A stretch of 64,000 nucleotides of DNA from Ophelia neglecta (lineage: Eukaryota), in the NCBI GenBank assembly GCA_965285935.1, contig OZ260667.1, forward strand, positions 54,188,001-54,252,000, given 5' to 3'. How positions within the stretch are numbered: position 1 is the stretch's first letter; each line of letters opens with the position of its first letter. The notes below the pieces were generated by a model, which was not told the origin of the DNA, made no database searches, and saw only the letters and a program-made list of their open reading frames with translations. Position numbers and translations under genes: made by a program. This document shows positions 36,901-49,690 of the stretch, one piece after another.

Positions 36901-39130
36901 AATGATCGGTCGGAGCTTTGATTAGAGCGATTAAGCAACTTAAACAACATTGAAATATAACATGCGTATATAAGCACTAGAGAATACAGTGTAGTTCCTC
37001 AAAACACGCATTATAACAATAGAAACACTACTAATGCTGCAAAAACTACTCATATAATTAGTTTTTTTCCAGGTTCAAAGTAACGTTGTAGCGGGACTCG
37101 AGAAGTCCATCCTTGAATATGAAGGAAATGGTATATTATATTTTGAAAAGAATATCATTTAAGAATAGGTTATTTCCATTAACAGAAATAGCCTGAAATA
37201 AGAAATTTGACTGTTTTTTTTGGCACACTACATGGTAAAATTATACAATATTTAAATTTGGTTTACATGTTTTTTTCTGTCTAAGGCATGCATTTTGACA
37301 CCGATGGTGTGTTGGTATTAGCAGACAAAGACACGAGTCACGTGTCATTCGCTTGGGATTACATGCAAATTGAGGTTGGTCTCTGCAGAGTTCCATGATA
37401 ACTCTGTTGTTAGCGGTAGTCGGTATATTCAACAGGCTTCTGTTTCAAGACATTTAAATCCAACATTAACCTTTTCAGAACAGAATGATGCATTTGCAAT
37501 TACTATCAATAAATATAACTTATTTCGTCCCTATTGATGGCACGCAATTGATTATAGTTAAATATCGTTTGATCATTTGATGGGTGTTATTGAAGAATGT
37601 CGGTTTTTTTATCGTATTCTTTCATCGCCCAGATCAATTTTACTTTTACATCGCATTTTGCACACTTTCATTTTAGGCTGGATGCTGTGGCGCCACTGAA
37701 ACCGCGAATTGGTCCTCATTTAACGGAACATACACCTTGCCCGGAACAACTTTGCCAATAAGTGCAAAAGTATGTGCATTTAATCAAACGGCTCTTGCTT
37801 TAACAACAAACTGTGGTTGATACACGACGGTTCAGTCACGAATAAAACATTATCCAAATGTTAATTTGGTTGGACAATTAAAAGTTACAATCAACACATT
37901 TACCTATGCGTGGAAGAATAAATATATATGTATATATATTATGGAAGCGTCAGAAGTATGAAGTATAGTAGTTCCGTTTGAGTTTGTCTCTCACTAATAT
38001 GAAGCCTTCATTGTAGGTTCCCCTTTCATGCTGTAAAACCGATGACTTTGAAAACTACCCTGATGAAGTCGACAAAATAACATTTTTGGACGCAGAGTCT
38101 TGCCTCGCGTCGGCTAGTGATGAAGCAACCAATACAAAGGTGAGGAACGCGTTTCAATATTACAGTAATACTACTATTGGTGGTTTGTTTCAAACGAATT
38201 AATAGTCAACATATCCTAACATGTCATATAAGGTTTGCCTTATGACGTATAAGGCTTTGCATGGCATGGGACCTGGCTATGTCAATGCTTTGCTCACTCG
38301 GCGTGCCTGTGAAAGGCATCTCAGATCTTCTAATACAGATCAGCTTGTGATTCCAAAAGTCAGAACCAAGCAATATGGTGAAAGGAGATTTTCGTATGCC
38401 GGCCCACTGTTGTGGAATGGTTTACCAGTATCTGTCGGAACCTCAAATAGCCTCGGCGCTTTCAAATCTAGTCTAAAGACCCACTTGTTCAGGGTAGCTT
38501 TTAATGTTTAGTCATGAGTCAGTTACTATTAATGTATAAATGCGTGTGCATTTCTAATTTTTTAATTATTACTGACCTACTTGATTATAATTATTGCTAA
38601 ATGGAATGTTTTAATTGTCTTACTGTATTATAGTGTCCTACTGTAAAGCGCCTTTGATGAGGCTTGCCTGGAAAGGGCGCTATATTAAATGTAATAAACC
38701 ATAAAGCATAACAACATTTTCGTTGGAAGGAAAATATACTATAACTCAGTACAAAAAATATATATATAATATCAATATAATTTGAGTATATTACCTTTTT
38801 AGGGTTGTTCACAATCGGTATTTGAAGAGATTTGGCAGTTCAACGTGATATTCGCTAGTACAATAGGTGGTGTCATATTTGCACAAGTAAGTCACAGAGA
38901 CTGTTTTTTTAAAGACCTCAAGTCTTCGGCGATATTGGTGTAAAAGTGGGTACTTGTAATGGATGGATGATACATTGTAGTGAACAGCTATGTGGTAATT
39001 CACGGCTGTGCATTTATGCATTATGTTAAAATTGTACTAAGTCTTTGTTTTTTCATCGCAGTTGTTGACCTTGGTATGTGCCTTATGCGTTGTTCGGCAG
39101 GCTAGCCTCGGTACACATAGAGCGGTTTGA
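33941..39130 (+). CDS. Tetraspanin paralogue 3 (10 coding exons, 296 aa)
   Basis: Exons 33941-33997, 34854-35022, 36034-36107, 36562-36636, 37073-37130, 37286-37374, 37677-37769, 38017-38139, 38803-38886, 39062-39130. Motifs AWDYMQ, GCCG, PLSCC, GC; ends CVVRQASLGTHRAV*. Confidence 0.93.
34247..34328 (+). mobile_element. tRNA-derived SINE head / pseudo-tRNA in intron 1 of tetraspanin 3
   Basis: A-box-like TGTAGCACAATG, B-box GGTTCGAGCCC and terminal pairing GTTGGC/GTCAAC, but no convincing anticodon arm. Confidence 0.55.
35226..35546 (-). mobile_element. Full-length tRNA-derived SINE with MESC/Meta-type conserved core
   Basis: Minus strand shows A box TGGCTGAGTGG, B-box-like GGTTCAAAGC, core GGACTGGTCAACCCGGTGTCAGTATAATGTGACTGGGTGG and tail GTTGAAAGCCACGTATAACCCCAAACAAC. 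TSD ATTTCTAAG at 35217-35225 and 35547-35555. Confidence 0.85.
36668..36860. repeat. Decayed C-rich (CCCGT/CCGCC) pentamer repeat
   Basis: Repeated CCCGT, CCCGC and CCAGC units in intron 4 of tetraspanin 3. Confidence 0.6.
38220..38716 (+). mobile_element. 5'-truncated L2-clade LINE in intron 8 of tetraspanin 3
   Basis: ORF 38221-38511 reads YKALHG..PGY...LRSS...GERRFSYAGPLLWNGLP...FKSSLKTHLF, the L2/CR1-group ORF2 C-terminus. 3' stem-loop AGCGCCTTT...AAGGGCGCT, then AATAAA at 38693-38698. Confidence 0.88.
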
Positions 39131-42100
39131 TTGACGCAGACCTTTGTCGTGTGAATTCAACCTGAATGAAGTCTCCCCGGCAAAGCTTTGAACGCTGTGT
39201 TTGTCATTGACTGGAATAAATAAATCATTTAACGTCTGTGCACAGTCGCATGAGAATTATTTCAAGTGGACACAAAGGAGACGCGACCTTGTAGTTTTAT
39301 AAATGAATTATATCTATCATATACACAGTTAATCTAAAGCAAACAAATGTTTATTAAGTGTGTCCCAATACACCTGACTAATTTTACTGAGCATACTGTT
39401 TGTGACAAATTCGATGACTTAATACGTAGTCTTATATGTGAATACATTCTTATGTGTGAAACATCCAATTTCAAGCATTGATGCCTTACCAAAAAGACTA
39501 TTTACTGATGTGTAGACTCAGCCTCAGACATACGTGTTTTGACCAAATATATACACAGAAAATGTTACAACAGTATAATAAACATTTATATAATAAAGCA
39601 ATTTTTTAAACACAATATGGAAATGACAGTCAAGGAGACCCTCCCTGAAAATAAAAGTTCATCTCTAGCGTGAGGGCCACCTGTAACAATTCATGTGTTG
39701 AAGAAACGTTATGTAAATTGTGTATGATAATAATTACCATCATTGTAAACTGAGAAGAAAATGTAAATCAAATCAAAATCCCAGGTATTCCGTGTGTTAC
39801 TTATATTGCTTATTATAATTGCAGGCACATTTATGTTTATCCTAACATTGCTCATTTTATATCATATACGAGTAGTCAACAAGCCCGCGCCCATTACAAT
39901 AAAAATTGTTATTCCCAAGTCTGGCGATTTTCAGGCCCATATTTAACTTAGTAAAAGGTTTAATTTACGTACTTCTCTTATATTTTTACCATAGGCATGC
40001 CTCTCCTGCCCCCCCCCCCATACCAGGTATATTATGTGTGCCTTTTGTGTACCTATCAACCACAAAGAGGTATGTTCATAGGCAATTGCCGACCATAACT
40101 ACAGATTCTTTAGCCGGTGCAGAATATATCAGTATGAAAAAAGGCTATTAATTTATCAAATTTTTAAATTCTAGCTGGATTGGAAGTGCACATAATGCTT
40201 TTTTGCTTATACAAGACGAGCGGTTCCAAGAAATTTGGGAGTTGGTGTCTAAATCATGGACAAATTAATTATAAAATAGTGATCTCTTCCCTAAGCGAGT
40301 GTCTGTCCAAGAGTCTTTTATTTGCCGTGACGCCCATCTCGTATGAGAAAATTCATATAAAAGCCTTATTTAGTGTATAATGAATTTAATGTTTGCACTC
40401 AATTGCGTATTGAAATATTTAATCTTGTGTTTTTAAAACTGTGGTGTAGTGGGATGACTGTTAATGAGCTCACACCGCTGCTGTGAGTAGAGGTAGCAGT
40501 GACAAGGTAAAAACCTTAGTAGTGGTCCATAAAAAGGTGTGCTGACACCTGCAAACTCTGTTGCACGTGTGGAATAACCCATGTAATCTTCCATTAATTC
40601 GGTGATCTTAACCTAAAGAATGGATCCTATAAACAAGATGTGCGATTAAGGGCACAAATAAACGAATCAGTGGTCGACGTGGGATAGAGATAAATATGAC
40701 CTAAAAGACCCTCTGATAGATTAAACTCTCTCATAACTGAGAGAATAAAGATGGACTTTTCTAGAATACTAGCGTTTATAGACCGGGGGACTCCCGAATT
40801 AAGGGCCCATAAATATAATCCGAGAAGACCTTCCACTCAGGGGACTCAAAGAACTTTTGCACCTTATTAACATAGAATAGCTTACTCTTTTGTAGATGCC
40901 TGTCATTCTATAATTGATGCATTCATTTCAATTTAGTACGGTGGCATGTGAAGGTTAAATTTACTTTTATAGGAGCCTTTATTGAGTTGCTGCTTTCGCG
41001 ATGAGCTGGGCTTTCGCCGGTTGCAATAACCCGATTAGGATAATTGCATTAGATTTTCAATACAGGGAACGGGCATGGTCGTTTTCATATATGTTTGAAT
41101 GCTTTGGTCATGGTGTATGTGCTGGGACCGACCATTTGATATGGAATGGGATGGTGTGAGAGGGGGACTGTTAGGAAATTGTCCATTTTACTATAAACGT
41201 GACCAAATTGACCCCCTCACCCAAACGTACTACCATCAATTGTATCAAAATTACCGCCTGTTGCTTTTTACAAATAAACCCTTTTACTCTATGTTGTATT
41301 TTGATGACATTATGTCATTTATCCTCAATTGTGCCACCTACAGTTTCGTGTGAATAGGTGTCTATATGCGTGCTTGCAAATCAGCCTATATTAAAATGAT
41401 ACAGGACGGATTATGTATTTACCTAAACCAGTTATTAAGAAATCTGTGCAAAAAAATATGACGAATAACACATAACATTGGTTGATACTTTGTACGCAGT
41501 TGCAATCGACTACTTGTCGTAGGGCTGTAAATTAGAAAGTTAAAGAGTTTTACGTTGGGCTACAAGTGTCGTGACAGGACAAGGTAGAAATAGCTTAACC
41601 TCTTTCATGAGAGGACATACAGGGTGCAAGCTGCAAACGTCAGCTTTGTTTACCGACCATGCTGGCCGAGCGTCAGTAACAAAGAAGCTTTACTTAATGT
41701 CACCTTAATCACGATAGTGACATGCTCGCCAGTGTCTATGCTATACACAATGTGACCTTGATTAATCAAAATCTTAAGCCACATCCTGTATGCAGGTTAA
41801 TTGCCTTAAACTAGTTTATGTCTCTTAAGCAAACACGCACAGAAATTAGCATGGCTGAGAAGAAATACTGCACCTAAATTCGAAGCTGCTTACGTGATTT
41901 GAATAATAAATAGAATTTTTGATTACTTTTATCATTGAGGTGTTTGTTTATGCAGCAAATGACCTTTGGAATCGCCTGGCCCACCCCTATGACTAAGACA
42001 CTGTGCGAGTTACAAATCTTATGTACGAGATTTGACACCATAGCGCATTATTGTGACTTTGGTATTTGGTCGACTCTGAAAGATTATTGTTCATTCGCAT

Positions 42101-42208
42101 CTGGGGGACTATTTACCAACCTGAAAAGAAATAGGTTAGTATACTATATTACAAATTATAATCTAGCACAAAGAAATTTGGGTTCGGCTCCAGTTTTACT
42201 GTTAAGAA

Positions 42209-42300
42209 CTGCCTTCTTCTGGACTTTATTTAAAACGAAAGGTTTATTTTTAAATAAAGTCCAGAAGAAGGCAGGCTTGCCTGCCGAAAATTCGACACTT
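42209..42300 (+). mobile_element. Penelope-like remnant: 27-bp perfect inverted repeat plus a minimal hammerhead-like motif
   Basis: Arms 42209-42235 and 42248-42274. The right arm runs into CAGAAGA-A-GGCAGGCTTGCCTGCC-GAAA-ATTC-GAC. Confidence 0.55.
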
Positions 42301-42427
42301 ATACCCTGGTGTTTTGTTTTATCTTAATATCAGCTCTTTTGATAAAAATAACATTACAATTCGCCACACATAGGATATCCGTGACATTCGGCCAATCATT
42401 CGAAGATAAAGCGTCGATTGATCAACC

Positions 42428-45400
42428 ATGGGTGGCTGTCTAATAATATCGAAAGTAGTGATCATCGTCATCAATGCTATATTTGCGGTAAGGCCTTAAC
42501 ATACATTTTTCGCCTTGCCCTCGGGCATATGGGAACGAATCGCACCATTATATAGCATTCATATTCAATGTTCATTAGGCATTGTAAACAAAGTATGTAA
42601 TTTTTTACAGGGAAACCGATAATTTTTGAGATATTGTGATAATTAAAAATGCATATTATATTATTGGAAGACAGCTACATGGGCTTATAAATCGTTAAAC
42701 TTTAGGGAAAGAGGTGTTAGGATGGCTCTAGGGGAGGGGGTGGGTTGGATGGGGAGAGGGGGAGGGGTCGCTATGGGAATCTGGGTTAAACAGATATTAG
42801 AAAAACCTGCTCATTATACTGAATCCCTTGTTCCGGGTCTGTTGCCTATTGCTGAACAATCTAATCTTATATTCGACAGTTAGTTGGGTTGGCCCTGACA
42901 GCTCTTGGAATAGTGTGTTTAATTGCTTTCGATTCGGTGGTGGGCATGGTCTCGAATGTAGGGTTTATCAAGACGATTCTGGAAATGCTCGAGGAAAATG
43001 GAGGAGTTGACCTGATTAAAAACAGCGCAATCTCCCTATTGTGCTTGGGTGAGTGCAAAAACTATTTAGGAAAGTAATCTACGTTGGTAAATATTAATTA
43101 CTATGGTTGTTGCTCATTGGGCGAAAATGTAGGCAGATCGAACAGTATCGAAAATCGGCCTTGTCGAGAGACATTTTCTTCTTTACCCGTTACGCGTCTG
43201 CCATAAGTATACACGGAAGTACCAATCATTCTACCATGGGAATACATAGCATAGTTGATTACTTTTTACAGGTCCGCCATAAGTGGTTGTTTATACTTTT
43301 CGTTCACAGCGGATTTGATTGATCTAACTCATATAATCTAATAAATATACTCGAAAATGAGTACCTCTGTTATAGTGTTGATTTGGTTTGAGTCCAGGAT
43401 AGCCCAGCCATGAGAGCTGGTAGCATCAGACCCCCCCCCCCCCCCCCATCCATTATACAAAAAAAATAGCCGTCGTTTTTGCAAATGAGACGCACTATAT
43501 GTATATATACTATGTATTGTTTTTAGGGATATTTTTGTTAGTGCTTGCCTTGTTTGGTCTATGTGGTGCTGTTAAGAGTGTGAAATGCTTGCTCGTCATA
43601 GTAAGTTGAAGCTCATTCTCAGTATATCTATAAAAAAACGTTTCGAATTAATCCTGACTCAATGTAGACTAAAAACGTAGATTCCTACCTTTCATGAGAC
43701 TGAGACGAATCTCAATAAATTATTCATGTTGTATTTGTCAGTTTGCACTACTGACTTTTTCTTGCCTTATACATTAGCTTATATCGAATGCCGTGGTATT
43801 GTTCACTTTGCCTTGATTTTATATATAAATTACTTTATGAGAAAAGAAATGGATCTTTGACCTCAACGACCTTAATTAACCAATACCTTCGTATATTTAT
43901 GAGATAATGTTTATTGGAACTCTTCAATAGTTCATCGTGCTCGTTGGATTGATACTAGTCGTAGAAATTGCGCTCATAATTTATGCTGTTGTGGACAGGG
44001 ATGGGGTAAGTGTTTAAGCTGGCCGATTGGTCAGTCTGACCTGATATCATTTCGTGAGTTGCAACGCACTAGTAAATGAAATCAATATATATTGTATTCT
44101 GTTTAACAGTAAAGTGCAAGTGATGACAAATGTATGTTTTGATTAGCTTTTATTAGCATTACAAGTTTATCTACTGATGGGGAACCTGGATTATTTTATT
44201 GATGTGTATTGAAATGTGGCTTATGCTTCCTGATGATTTTGTATTGATTGAATGGACCCTTATCGACTGACAATTTGGCTTGTCTGTCGTGTATCCACTC
44301 CCGTGTTTATCCTGTACTCGGAATCTAGAACATAAGAGTATTTGCAAAACTATCGAACTATTTCAGATTCAGTCAAACGTGGATGAAGCGGTTAAGTTGA
44401 CCATTCCAAAATATTCGGGGGCAGGTAAAGGCTTAGGAAATTAGACCACTTTTCACCATACACGCTGATAATAGAGTTAATGTACTAACAACGAGCTATG
44501 TCAATTTTTCAATAATTATTTATCCTGTCGACTTATTATCCTAAGCGGGTGTATATTTCGAGCGCCGCTTAAGAGTATCTCTGATATCTACGTTATTAAA
44601 TAATTCACAATGATAATGTGTAAGGCCATATGGAATACTTCAGCCATGCTATTCAGCAATATACCCTTTCCTTTAAACAGCTATTTTTCAGTCATAAATG
44701 TTAGCTAGGTTTAATTCATAAATTTAATATCCTTGATCGCTTAGAGTCTTAAAGCACCCCCCCCCCCCCTCCCCTCCACGTCAACCGTTTATCTAGGTAA
44801 TACATTGAAAACAATTCAACTATGATGGCAAACTGTTCGCGCGAATAAAGTAGCAAATTTTGTAACAAGAATAAAACTGACGAGTCGCAAATTTAGTGTT
44901 CGCCTGTATATATAGGCTCTACATAAAAATACATGCAGAGTGTCAATGTTTGCAGAAATTATATTTACCATAACCGAATTATTTAATATTTTCTAGAATT
45001 ATATATTGCTAATTGTTGTGAGTGGATAATAATTAAAACAGTGTATTAATTATTATATTATATTGTCTCTGTAGGCCTACATTATACGAATGGCACCCTT
45101 ATCGTGGCAGATAAGGAATCTGACCTGTTCTCCTTCGCCTGGGACTATGTACACATTGCAGTATGTAACACATTGCTCAATACCAGGAGTCTATTAACAA
45201 CCGAACAATACAGTCACTTATTTTCGCCTATATGTCTGTGATTTATAATTATCGACAATTGTACATCGGCCTATTTTTGTTTACTTCTGCCGCACATTTT
45301 AGGCTAAGTGTTGTGGGGTAAACGGCACTGCAGACTGGGAAGCTACCTTTAACGTCTCCTATGTTCTTCCGAATGGCTTGCCACCAGTAAATGCTAAGGT

Positions 45401-48165
45401 AAAGTATAGACAAGCAGATAACCATATTTTAAACGTGTTTGTCATAAAATACGGATTGTAATATACATTAATCAACATTGTTCAAAAGGGTTTCAAAGTA
45501 GTTCCTTCTCATTGTTCTGAGTTCAAAGCCTAAGGATAAAAGAACAATGGTCAGTAGAAAGCATATATTTCAATTTGTGTTCTTGGTTATCGCATAGATT
45601 AAGAAAAAAAAGGCAAACTTTTTGTATTTGTTATTATCCCTTCTTTCTGACCGTATGGGCAGATGAAGAGTAATGCTTTAAGTGTAGCTGAGTTCCTTAA
45701 TTATTTTTCATGAAGCGAAAAAAGCATCCCACTGCAAACAAACAAACCCATCTGTAAAACTACTTGTCTATTCGCAGTCAAAACTGCATTATGATATTTG
45801 AAGATTATGTTTACAACATTAACTGGCGAATGTTATAATTACCCTGACCTAATTCGCTATTGTGTGGCCACCCTAAAGTGAATTCAATAAAATGGAGAGA
45901 CTAGACATCATTCTTATAGATACTAACCACATCTATTTTATGCTGTTCGTCGTCAACCAATCGTCTATTATACGGTGTCTTCTATTTATCACTCGTCTTT
46001 TACATGGGGTCACCTATTTATAAGTCGTCTTAAAGCACTAGTTAATGTATGCCGTAAACGTTATTCCTTTTACCTCTTAGTTCCCCCTCTCCTGCTGCCA
46101 AACCGACCACGGTAGCCGCTACCCCGCAGATGTACCAAAAATGGAGTTTAACAACCCAGAAACTTGTTTGACTAGCGGAAGTGAAGCCTTTACCAACACA
46201 AAGGTACAATTCGTTGATAACGCATATCGTTTGAACTTTGAACGATAGTCCTTGTATATGAATAACTCAACAAAAATGAACTTAAATCTAAGCATATATT
46301 TCAAACGGTACTAATATACGAGTGTATCAATATATGTTTGGGTGAGAACACTTGCTTAAACAAAGAAATTCATTCCGCATATGTTCCTAGATAACCGGCA
46401 TACCGGTAAACCTGATTCGATACTGGAATGTCCTCTGTTATGAAATCGACAGTTTGACCATTTTACCCGGTGCTTTATTTGCTCATGTGTCTAAATGACA
46501 TAGAAATCCGTTGTCGTAACATTTATAATTTCAGTATAAATAGGACTGATGTCGATATGCCTTATAGTTTCGTAATTTATTTTCAACCTACCTTGCTTGT
46601 GCAAGGCGTACACTTGGCGACGGTAGCATGGTGACGTTGCTGGGTATAAATTATCGTAAACTGTTTTACGTCAATAGGTTCTTAATCTACATGTATTAGG
46701 CTCCATAACCAGCATGTTCTGTGGTAAACCAATAGGTTCATTTAGGCCTTATGCTATTTTGAATTAAGTTGAATTTGTTTTTGACCATTAAAATATACAG
46801 GCCACATTTTGACGTCCGGACACCACCACAGCCCCGGGCGCTCGTGAATGTTATATTTGGCTATACTTGTGCGATAAACAAACATATTAATATGCACGAA
46901 ACATACAAGATAAATGAACATTACACAATGACTTCGAAAAAGGGAAAAGTGAGTACGGCAAATTTAGAATGCAGATAGACAATAGCCAACAACAAAACTA
47001 AAATGTCAAAATAAACTGGCTAAAAGTGGACTTACATGATTCCCAAATTTCCTGTTCCGCAACACTCCTACCAACCACTTCTACCTTATCCACAAACACC
47101 CAGGCCAAAACTGCACAACCACACAAGCGCACAGAACATTATTGTATGGCCGTGTGTAAAATCTATCCAAGGGACCCCCGCCCCCACCCCCCTCGAAAGC
47201 CGCCCAGACAAGTACACACATAAGCTGACACCCAAACATACCCATAAACTTCCCCCTGAGCCTGCGCACTCAAAATGTTGATTTCACACTGGATGAAAGT
47301 ATATGTAGCTATAGCATACACACAATTATATATTTTTGTAAGTTTTCTTCTAACGTATTTTTGTATTGTTCAGTTCATGCCTTTCAGGGCTGTGTTGCTA
47401 ATATTTTTGACGAAATCTGGAAGCTTGGCACGATAGCTGTCGGAACCATTGGCGGAATTATTGGAATACAGGTAACAATATTATAACAATTAAACACATA
47501 TTTTAGTGTGTTTGCCTAATTTAGTGATGGGAAAGTTTCAACGGACAGGAAGCAATTATGCTCACTACTTTCGTTGCCATTGGTAAAAATATGCTGCTGA
47601 CCATTTAGGTGGTAATTTTAAATTACCGAGTTAGAAATACCTAGTCTGATTATATATTGTTATTATATGTTGGACGACTTCCATACTTCTAGAATAAAAT
47701 ATCTAGAACTCACAAATACAGCCACGTTGCTTGCTATACATTCGTAGCCCGATTATTTAGGATATCATCAAATTTCTAATCAGATTAAATGGCTTATAAA
47801 AACTAATGTCTGTTTAAGTGTTATAAAAAGTGCAAAGCTAAAAAAAAGGTGGCAGGATTTCCTAGCCCAGCAATCCGATTGAATTTAATTCTTTATGAAG
47901 TGAACCTTGAATATGCTAATAATTGTGTTTGGTTAAACCTTTTAATATTATTTATGTCCTACACATTGTCAGATCAATTCGAAATAAATCAATATTTTCT
48001 TAAGCTCTGAGCTACATGTCAATTCAAATGACTCTCTTTCAAACTAACGCAGGTTAATAATTTGACTACATAAATATATCTGTCATGTCCTTTTCCTTTC
48101 AGTTCATTGAAATAATCTGTGCCTTGTGCTTGATACGGGGCCCCCTTGAAGGCGAAATTGTATAA
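42428..48165 (+). CDS. Tetraspanin paralogue 4 (10 coding exons, 295 aa)
   Basis: Exons 42428-42487, 42880-43048, 43527-43600, 43931-44005, 44367-44424, 45075-45160, 45303-45398, 46081-46203, 47388-47471, 48103-48165. Motifs AWDYVH, KCCG, PLSCC, GC; ends CLIRGPLEGEIV*. Confidence 0.93.
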
Positions 48166-49029
48166 TTTATAGACAGCTTTCCGGCGTGACACATGCATAA
48201 TAGGGTTTTCTGATGCAAATGGGCGAAGAAATCCAGCCCGTCTGTGAAGACTCTTTATAATGTCGGGATCCTAAGGTTTTTACTCGTTGATATTCATAAC
48301 ATTTGAACACACTGAGTATGCGAATATGCGACATGTGACATCCTTTTAGAGAGTGAATTTTATGTGTCACGGCGAATTATACAGATTGTTTTCATTACTT
48401 TAGGAAAATTTAATAAAAGAAAAGAAATGGTTCGTATATGAAGTTTTAGTATTGTAAAAGTGTGTTCAAATAGACTGAGCAATATCAGGCCTTTCGGCTA
48501 AGTGCATTCCTCAAAATATGTGTTTCCAAGGTAAAAGAAACCCCACCTATTTGTAACTTTGTGAGCCCCAGGGCTAACTCTAGCTCAAAAGGTTAGCCTA
48601 GTTTAGGGTTAACACATGTGACACTTTTTTTATTTACCCCATACAACAATCACAGTAATTTTTCACCAGCAATTTATATAGGGTCGATTGTATAAATCTC
48701 ATTAAAACGTGTGTATGTACATTTTCTAATTGTATGCATACTGATAAATAATGTTGAATTACTAACGTTAGATGGAAAATCGGTTGTGGTAAAATCTCTG
48801 ACTGTCTTAGTTACTCTTTCGCTTAAGTGTGAGGACGAATTGATTCTTTGACTTACATATCGAGGAGATCGACAACCCGTTTCCTTTTCAGCATTTTTGA
48901 CATCATTCTTTCGTCTTGAGATTCACTTAACAAATCCCTCTATTCTCACAAATATAGCACAAGAAAATTTTATACTACTTAGTTGGTTTATCTGCTTGAT
49001 TTAATTTCTGTAGGACAAATAAAGACTTA

Positions 49030-49690
49030 CCTAAGTTGAACACCTTGTGATTTTTTCTCAAGTCCTTTATAGTGTAATAAGAATTTACTACCCACAAATA
49101 GTTCTATGCCAAAGATCTATTTTATGCTAATGGATCACTGTTTCCCGAAGACTTCCATATTTTTCAAATTGGTAAATACATATAAATGGGTAGCTGCGCC
49201 TTCTCTTATTAAAACAGTTGAAGAAATTCGATAGTGCTATGCTGATTTCATAAACATTAAGCCGGAGATATATATTTGTGTATACAATGAAATCTGTAAT
49301 ATAAGCTATCTTGAAACTAAACATCGACATAATTCAATGGTATCAAATTTTTATAAATGGTCACATTTGGAGTCTGTATGGGAAGAACTATTCAATATAA
49401 CAAAGCGCTGTTAAACTCTGCAAGCAATATACAGAAGAAATATCTGTGATATTCCGATCAGGAAAAGAGAGGAATTTAAGTATGCATTACTACATTGTTG
49501 AAACTGTTAACACGTTGCAAAAATGGAACCTTACTATTAATCCATATTTCACCATATGTAATTATTAAATTACACCCAGACATCTTATTTTACAGTGCAA
49601 TCTATGTAATATTTTATGGTATAAGTTAAGCGAAGTCTTTCATATAGAAATTAACTCGAAACACATTGATATCGGAATAAATGGAACAAG
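49030..49690 (+). mobile_element. Decayed L1/Tx1-clade LINE ORF2 C-terminal fragment
   Basis: Broken frames give EEFKYALLH, NTLQKWNLTINPYFTICNY*ITPRHLILQCNLCNILW and IDIG, resembling the zf-RVT region. Many stops and frameshifts. Confidence 0.6.

Noticed and set aside
38221-38511. Nested host gene or extra tetraspanin exon
   Set aside because: It is an L2 ORF2 C-terminus, and exons 8 and 9 splice in frame without it.
38650-38680. TTGATGA...GAAA as a hammerhead core
   Set aside because: The geometry does not fit; it is the L2 3' stem-loop.
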